NCBI GenBank assembly: GCA_019323525.1
Contig: JAHWHD010000103.1
Location: 1 to 18,298, forward strand
Source of the DNA: Candidatus Woesearchaeota archaeon
Lineage (GTDB): Archaea > Nanobdellota > Nanobdellia > Woesearchaeales > JAHWHD01
Reading direction: 5' to 3'
DNA length: 18,298 nucleotides
The stretch's first letter is position 1. Every line of letters starts with the position of its first letter. This document shows positions 13,605 to 18,298 of the stretch, in pieces. Position numbers and translations under genes: made by a program. The notes beneath the pieces were generated by a model. That model was not told the DNA's origin. It searched no databases and worked only from the letters and a program-made list of their open reading frames with translations.

Positions 13605-14465
13605 TTATCCTAGTTCAACCTTTCCATAAAACCCTTTAGGTCTGTAAATCAATATCAATAGTAATATCAAAGCAAACATAATCTGTCTTGCAGGTCCTAC
13701 CACTGACGAAGGAAATCCGATAAACCTTAAAGGTTCTGGTAATAACACCAAAATTATAGTTGCGACCACGGTACCTCTTAATGATGCAAGACCTGCTATG
13801 ATAACAATAGCCAGTAATGGTATCAGCTGCAACAATGTAAATGACGAAGGGTCTATAAATGTGATATAATGCGCATATAACGATCCAGCAATACCTGCAA
13901 AAAAAGCAGAAACACCAAGAGCATAACTTTTCATCTTAAAAGTGTTCTTGCCAAGTGTTCTTGCAGCTAACTCATCATCCCTGATAGCTTCTAAAACCTT
14001 ACCAAAACCAGAGTTAGCAATCCTTTTTATTATATAATATGAGACCAAAGCAACAACTATGACTAAAGCAAGAAAACCAAGGTTATGAGAGACTATATCG
14101 GGCCTTGGTATACCTGGCAAACCTAACGGCCCTCTTGTCAAACCTGTCCAGTTCAGTGCAACTGCATACACCACAAAGGTAAAACCTAAAGTTGCCAGAG
14201 CAAGATAATCTCCTTTAAGTTTATTCGTAGGAATAGCTAACAGAAAACCGAACAGCATCGCCATCGCACCAGCCGCTATAATAGAAACCCAGAATGGCAC
14301 TCCGTTCAAAGCCAATAATGCCGATGTATAAGCACCCAGAGCAAAAAAAGCAATATGCCCTAAATTTAGTAATCCCGTAAAACCCATTGCCAACTGCAAA
14401 GATATGGCCAAGATTAGGTAAATCCCTATCAAAATAGCTAAGTGTATGAAATAAGCTTCTATCAT
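13605..14465 (-). CDS. livM: branched-chain amino acid type ABC transporter permease, LivM-like
   Basis: Polytopic membrane protein with GFTGLLNLGHIAFFALGAYTSALL and DDELAARTLGKNTFKMKSYALGVSAFFAGIAGSLYA, both LivM-type blocks. Its ATG overlaps the livH stop (ATGA at 14462-14465). Confidence 0.9.
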   Translation of the reverse strand: MIEAYFIHLAILIGIYLILAISLQLAMGFTGLLNLGHIAFFALGAYTSALLALNGVPFWVSIIAAGAMAMLFGFLLAIPTNKLKGDYLALATLGFTFVVYAVALNWTGLTRGPLGLPGIPRPDIVSHNLGFLALVIVVALVSYYIIKRIANSGFGKVLEAIRDDELAARTLGKNTFKMKSYALGVSAFFAGIAGSLYAHYITFIDPSSFTLLQLIPLLAIVIIAGLASLRGTVVATIILVLLPEPLRFIGFPSSVVGPARQIMFALILLLILIYRPKGFYGKVELG

Positions 14466-15328
14466 TTTTTAATCCCTAGTATGCCTTTTGGTTTAAACAA
14501 TAGGAATACGAACAGTATAATAAAAGCAATCGCATCCTTATAACCTGACGGTAAAAACCATATCCCGAAGTTCTCCGCAAAACCTAACAAAAACGAACCC
14601 AGAACAGCTCCTGGCACTGAGCCAATACCTCCTATGATGGCCCCTGTAAATCCTTTAACTATTAAATTTGTACCCATCATTGGCTCTAGGTTCTGCTCCA
14701 GACCGACCAGGATAGCAGCAACACCTGCAATAGCAGACCCTATCACGAATGACCAGCTATAGATTCTTTTAGAGGAAATGCCCATGATCTCTGCAACATC
14801 TTTATTATCAGAGACAGCTCTCATCGCTTTGCCTATCCTGGTCTTTTTCATAATTATATAGAGCAGGACAAGTAAGATTACAGATGTTGCAATAATAAAT
14901 ATCTGTAACGGAGTTATGACAGCTCCAATAAACTCTAAACCCTTTGCCACCTTAATGTAGCCGATTGTCTTTACATCAGCTCCAAACAAGATCAGTATTA
15001 AGGATTCTATAAATATTAACAATGCAAAGCTTGCAATTAATAGAATGATCGAGCTTGCTTTTCTTTTTCTTAACTGTTCATAAACAATAATGTTCATCAA
15101 TAGTCCAAAGAGACTTGCAAACACAATTGCAAAAATAACAGATAACCAGAAGTTCAATCCTAGGACAGAGAACAAAAAGTACAGGAAATAAGCAGAAAAC
15201 GCAACAGTCGCACCATGTGCAAAATGTATAAACTTACAAGTCGAATATATCAAGGAAAAACCAGACGACACTAAAGCGTATATCGCGCCTGCTATTAGCC
15301 CATTTACTAACAGTTGTGTAAATACCAT
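14462..15328 (-). CDS. livH: branched-chain amino acid type ABC transporter permease, LivH-like
   Basis: LLVNGLIAGAIYALVSSGFSLIYSTCKFIHFAHGA.. and GKAMRAVSDNKDVAEIMGISSKRIYSWSFVIGSAIAGVAAIL are LivH-type blocks. Confidence 0.9.
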   Translation of the reverse strand: MVFTQLLVNGLIAGAIYALVSSGFSLIYSTCKFIHFAHGATVAFSAYFLYFLFSVLGLNFWLSVIFAIVFASLFGLLMNIIVYEQLRKRKASSIILLIASFALLIFIESLILILFGADVKTIGYIKVAKGLEFIGAVITPLQIFIIATSVILLVLLYIIMKKTRIGKAMRAVSDNKDVAEIMGISSKRIYSWSFVIGSAIAGVAAILVGLEQNLEPMMGTNLIVKGFTGAIIGGIGSVPGAVLGSFLLGFAENFGIWFLPSGYKDAIAFIILFVFLLFKPKGILGIKK

Positions 15329-15391
15329 GTTTTTGTCAATTTAACGAAAAAGAATTAATAAAGGTTTGGATTTTTAAAAAATAATAAAAAA
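15329..15391 (-). promoter_or_regulatory. SBP6-to-livH junction element: T6/T6 tracts, then ATCCAAACC-TTTATTAAT-TC-TTTTTC (candidate terminator plus internal promoter)
   Basis: Minus strand reads TGA-TTTTTTATTATTTTTTAAAAATCCAAACCTTTATTAATTCTTTTTCGTTAAATTGACAAAAAC-ATG. Confidence 0.5.
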
Positions 15392-16438
15392 TCATCTCCA
15401 TCCATCACTATACTCCACTGTCTTCACTGGCAACACAGCAACTCCGTCTTTATCAAATTTAGTGGGGCCTGTCACAAACTCAAACTCTGAAGTCAAAAGT
15501 TTCTCTTTGATACACTCTGAATCTCCGCATTCATCCAATACTTCTAAAAGTATCTTCATGTTTGTGTAAGCATATGCTGAGTATCCGTTTGGTTCTTCAC
15601 CATAGCTTGCCCTATACAGGTCTATAAACCCTTTAACTCCAGCATCCATAGGATCAAAATATAAATCACTGCCAACAGCCCCTTCAAACAATCCGTGCTC
15701 TTCGGCAATCTCAACTGCTTTTAAATCTCCTGAGGCAGTCCCTGTATTGAAAGGTACAATCAGTTTTACATCAAGGTCAAGCTCAATCATTGTCTCAAAT
15801 ATCTCAGGGAAAAACTTACTATACGTATAGATAACAAGACCTTCAGGTTCTTTTTCCTTTATTTTAGTCAAAACTGTTCTGAAACCAGGATCTTTAATAC
15901 TAAACCTTTCTAATGCAACCATCTCTGTTTTAATCCCTAGTTCACACTCTGCACCTCCGCCCTCTAGGTCACCCATGTACGCAATTCTATCTGTTCCTCT
16001 CTCAACCGCGTTCTCAGTTGCAACCTCACAGAAAGTTCTTGCATCTGGAAATCCATCAAAAACATACTCCTTACCCTCAGCAATCCCTCTTGATGTTGAA
16101 GAGTATAGTAAAAAAACCTCATTCTTTTCCGCGATTGGAGCTACTGCCATGCTCACACTACTTAAGCTAGAGATTAATACAGGGACCTCATCAATTGAAA
16201 TAAGCTTATTAGCTGCTGTAACAGCCTTTTCAGGATTAGTCTCACTGTCCTCTACAATCAATTGAACATCAGAACCCTCTAAAGCTAACATTAAACCCTT
16301 TAATGTGGGTTCGCCTATGTAAGCCCCTTTTCCAGTCAATGGCAGTATAGCTCCTATCTTAATTTTTTCAGTAGGTGTACAACCAATAATGATTATGATG
16401 GCCATCATTGTAAAAATGATTTTCTTCATGTTTATCAC
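15392..16438 (-). CDS. ABC transporter substrate-binding protein, Liv/PBP type I family (SBP6), lipobox-like anchor
   Basis: ..KKIIFTMMAIIIIIGCTPTEKIKIGAILPLTGKGAYIGEPTLKGL..LIVEDSETNPEKAVTAANKLI. The start is ambiguous: GTG at 16438 (27 nt from the TATA centre) or ATG at 16429 (MKKIIF...). Confidence 0.9.
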   Translation of the reverse strand: MINMKKIIFTMMAIIIIIGCTPTEKIKIGAILPLTGKGAYIGEPTLKGLMLALEGSDVQLIVEDSETNPEKAVTAANKLISIDEVPVLISSLSSVSMAVAPIAEKNEVFLLYSSTSRGIAEGKEYVFDGFPDARTFCEVATENAVERGTDRIAYMGDLEGGGAECELGIKTEMVALERFSIKDPGFRTVLTKIKEKEPEGLVIYTYSKFFPEIFETMIELDLDVKLIVPFNTGTASGDLKAVEIAEEHGLFEGAVGSDLYFDPMDAGVKGFIDLYRASYGEEPNGYSAYAYTNMKILLEVLDECGDSECIKEKLLTSEFEFVTGPTKFDKDGVAVLPVKTVEYSDGWR

Positions 16439-16472
16439 CAGGTAATGAGTATACTGGAGGATATATAATACT

Positions 16473-16493
16473 TTGTTGTAATCATAACAACAA
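16473..16493. promoter_or_regulatory. candidate operator: 21-bp palindrome TTGTTGTAAT-C-ATAACAACAA between the divergent SBP6 and TrmB4 promoters
   Basis: 9 of 10 arm positions pair, and the outer 7 bp are perfect (TTGTTGT/ACAACAA). Flanked by ATATATAATA (16461-16470, faces SBP6) and TTTATAAA (16496-16503, 30 nt before ATG 16526). Confidence 0.6.
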
Positions 16494-16525
16494 CATTTAT
16501 AAATGTATGACTATTTTACACTATT

Positions 16526-17245
16526 ATGGACATAAAACTATTACAAGAATTAGGATTAAGCAATACCGAATCTAAGGTATATATAGCGTTACTTGAACTA
16601 GGCTCCGCTTTAGCAGGTGAGATTACAAAAAAATCAGGTGTAAACAGGACAAATGTCTACGATGCTTTAGAGAGATTGATTGAGAAAGGTCTTGTTACAT
16701 TTGTTATCTCTGCAAATAGAAAGATGTTTGAACCAGTAGAACCTGAAAGATTACAAGAGATTCTTAAAGAAAAACAAGCAAAACTAGATTCATTAATGCC
16801 AGAGCTTCAATTAAAGTATAAGGCAAGCAGAGCAAAAGAAGAGGCAACTGTATACAGAGGAAAAAAAGGGATTAAAACTATCTTTGAAGATATACTAAAA
16901 GAAAATAAAGATTTGTACGCCTATGGTGCAGAGAGCAGGTTCAAGACTTTATTTCCATACTATCAAAAACACTGGAATAGCAGAAGAGCAAAACAAGGTA
17001 TAAAACTAAACATAATCTGGTCTGAAAGAGTAAGAAAAACAAAGCTTAAAGAGAAATTTAAACTGACAAACAAGAGATTTCTGCCAAGATCTTATGAATT
17101 CCCATCTTCAGTGGTTATCTATGGTGATAGGGTAGTAACCTTTGTCTGGGCAGAAGTGCCGTTTGGTTTTATGATAAAAAGTAAAGAAGCTACAAAGAGT
17201 AACATGGGTTTTTTTAGATTGTTATGGAACCAGGCAAGTAAATAA
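16526..17245 (+). CDS. TrmB-family transcriptional regulator, short form (TrmB4, 239 aa)
   Basis: LQELGLSNTESKVYIALLELGSALAGEITKKSGVNRTNVYDALERLIEKGLVTFV, and the shared C-terminal domain (YRGKKGIKT, YGDRVV, LLW). Confidence 0.85.
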   Translation: MDIKLLQELGLSNTESKVYIALLELGSALAGEITKKSGVNRTNVYDALERLIEKGLVTFVISANRKMFEPVEPERLQEILKEKQAKLDSLMPELQLKYKASRAKEEATVYRGKKGIKTIFEDILKENKDLYAYGAESRFKTLFPYYQKHWNSRRAKQGIKLNIIWSERVRKTKLKEKFKLTNKRFLPRSYEFPSSVVIYGDRVVTFVWAEVPFGFMIKSKEATKSNMGFFRLLWNQASK

Positions 17246-17260
17246 GAAACCTATCAAAAA

Positions 17261-17274
17261 CCAAAGCTTTTTGG
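17261..17274 (+). terminator. short hairpin CCAAA-GCTT-TTTGG containing a T5 run, 16 nt after the TrmB4 stop
   Basis: Seen directly: ccaaagctttttgg, with T5 at 17268-17272. This is the only trmB paralogue followed by an oligo-T tract. Confidence 0.4.
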
Positions 17275-17333
17275 AGGTTCTAAAATCTCTGATTTTAGTA
17301 ACATTTAAATACCAAAATTCTATAATCATAGGT

Positions 17334-17813
17334 ATGTTCAAATCAAAAAGAGGTATATCACCACTAGTTGCAACCATACTTCTCATTGGTTTTGCAGTAG
17401 CTTTAGGCGGTGTTGTAATGTCCTGGGGCCAGAACATTGTAGAGGAAGGCGCAGCTGGCCATGCATCATGTGTTGATATCAATGTCAAGCTTGAGAAGAA
17501 CGCGTGCAGAGGCGGCTCTGGCGCAGCAGGCTTTGTAGACTTTGTGCTTGAGAACGACGCACCGTTCGCAGTAACTGGCATGAGCGTCTGGATCTATGGA
17601 GAATCATTCGACCACAGCAACATTGTAAAGGTAACTGACATATCTGATATCGACGTAAAACCAGGAGAACCTTATGCAGCCCATGTACTTTACGATTTCA
17701 CACGTTTTGGTACGATCAATTCTGTAACAATAGTTCCAAAGGTAAAACAAGCAGGCGACTATGTTCTATGCCATGACAATGAAATCACTGTTCAGAGTAT
17801 AGGTTCTTGCTGA
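17334..17813 (+). CDS. archaeal type IV pilin-like protein with class III signal peptide
   Basis: MFKSKRGISPLVATILLIGFAVALGGVVMSWG is the classic K-R-G / I-S-P-[LV]-[IV]-A-T-[IV]-L-L-I prepilin N-terminus cleaved by A24 peptidases. The track ORF starts at 17271. ATG 17334 lies about 27 nt downstream of TTTAAATA (17303-17310). Confidence 0.8.
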   Translation: MFKSKRGISPLVATILLIGFAVALGGVVMSWGQNIVEEGAAGHASCVDINVKLEKNACRGGSGAAGFVDFVLENDAPFAVTGMSVWIYGESFDHSNIVKVTDISDIDVKPGEPYAAHVLYDFTRFGTINSVTIVPKVKQAGDYVLCHDNEITVQSIGSC

Positions 17814-18298
17814 TGAAAATCACGCTCCATCTCGATAAATCCCTAGAAGAGAACGCATCTATCTATTACGACAAAGCAAAGAAGTACAAGAAAAAGATCC
17901 AAGGAGCTAAAGAAGCTCTTGAAAAGACTGAACAAAAACTGAAAAAGCTTGAAAAAAAGAAACCTGAACCTAAGAACCTGGAGACAAAAGGCACTATAAA
18001 GAGAGAATGGTACGAGAAATTTCGCTGGTTTAACTCATCTGAAAACTTCTTGGTGATCTGCGGCAGGGACGCCACTTCTAATGAGATTGTTATAAAGAAA
18101 CATACAGACAAGGACGATATAGTGTTCCACACCTCAATGCCAGGCTCACCTTTCTGTGTTATCAAGACAAAAGGTAAAACGCCAACAGAAAGAACTCTGG
18201 AAGAAGCAGCACAGCAGACAGCTTCTTACTCAAAAGCCTGGAAACTTGGTATTGCGGCTGCTGAAGTGTTCCATGTAAAACCTGACCAGGTCTCGAAA
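17813..18298 (+). CDS. NFACT-R (DUF814) domain protein, short form beginning in the coiled-coil segment (RqcH/FbpA-related); partial, runs off the window end
   Basis: Not in the track (no stop in the window). My translation: MKITLHLDKSLEENASIYYDKAKKYKKKIQGAKEALEKTEQKLKKLEKKKPEPKNLETKGTIKREWYEKFRWFNSSENFLVICGRDATSNEIVIKKHTDKDDIVFHTSMPGSPFCVIKTKGK..AAQQTASYSKAWKLGIAAAEVFHVKPDQVSK. WYEKFRWF..S.GF.V..GRDA..NE and H....GSPF.VIK are the NFACT-R signature. Its ATG overlaps the pilin stop (TGATG). Confidence 0.8.
   Translation, partial: MKITLHLDKSLEENASIYYDKAKKYKKKIQGAKEALEKTEQKLKKLEKKKPEPKNLETKGTIKREWYEKFRWFNSSENFLVICGRDATSNEIVIKKHTDKDDIVFHTSMPGSPFCVIKTKGKTPTERTLEEAAQQTASYSKAWKLGIAAAEVFHVKPDQVSK

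Noticed and set aside
4134-17245. The repeated cassette structure as a recent tandem amplification or mobile element
   Set aside because: The paralogues are diverged at protein level and I see no long nucleotide-identical repeats, terminal inverted repeats, transposase or integrase. Only short regulatory motifs are shared.
17222-17581. 119-aa minus-strand ORF overlapping the pilin gene and the trmB4 terminus
   Set aside because: It is antisense to an ORF with an unmistakable class III signal peptide, has an Ala/Pro/Ser-rich composition and no promoter-like element. The 99-aa minus-strand ORF at 17866..18165 is likewise antisense to the NFACT-R frame.
1-18298. CRISPR arrays, tRNA/rRNA genes, known defence or toxin-antitoxin modules
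   Set aside because: Scanning the intergenic regions (all under about 100 bp) showed no direct-repeat/spacer periodicity and no room for structured RNA genes. No ORF shows nuclease, Cas, restriction or toxin motifs that I can recognise.

Overview
AT-rich, tightly packed window that looks archaeal, possibly from a small-genome uncultivated (DPANN-like) lineage, though taxon is only a guess. Support: TrmB-family regulators, a class III (type IV pilin-like) signal peptide, an A24 prepilin/preflagellin peptidase, and TATA-like boxes about 26-30 bp upstream of most ATGs with no Shine-Dalgarno (leaderless-type promoters). I count 23 coding regions, two of them open at the window edges and absent from the ORF track. 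Left flank (1-4118): a degenerate cis-prenyltransferase homologue, the A24 peptidase, two tandem paralogous small proteins of unknown function, two translationally coupled HIT-family genes that both lack the central histidine of the triad, and a MazG-like pyrophosphohydrolase. Core (4134-17245): one Liv-type (branched-chain amino acid family) ABC translocon, with livH, livM, livG and livF each present once. These four genes are split among four cassettes. The cassettes also carry six divergent substrate-binding-protein (SBP) paralogues and four TrmB-family regulator paralogues. Each regulator is divergently transcribed from an SBP gene. Each of the four divergent intergenic regions has the same layout: an imperfect palindrome placed between two outward-facing TATA boxes. 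A separate conserved TATA plus oligo-T element lies in front of livF, livG and livH. Right flank: an archaeal pilin-like gene overlapping a short NFACT-R (DUF814) gene. I saw no rRNA, tRNA, CRISPR array, transposase or integrase. All homology statements come from reading the translations by eye; no database search was possible.
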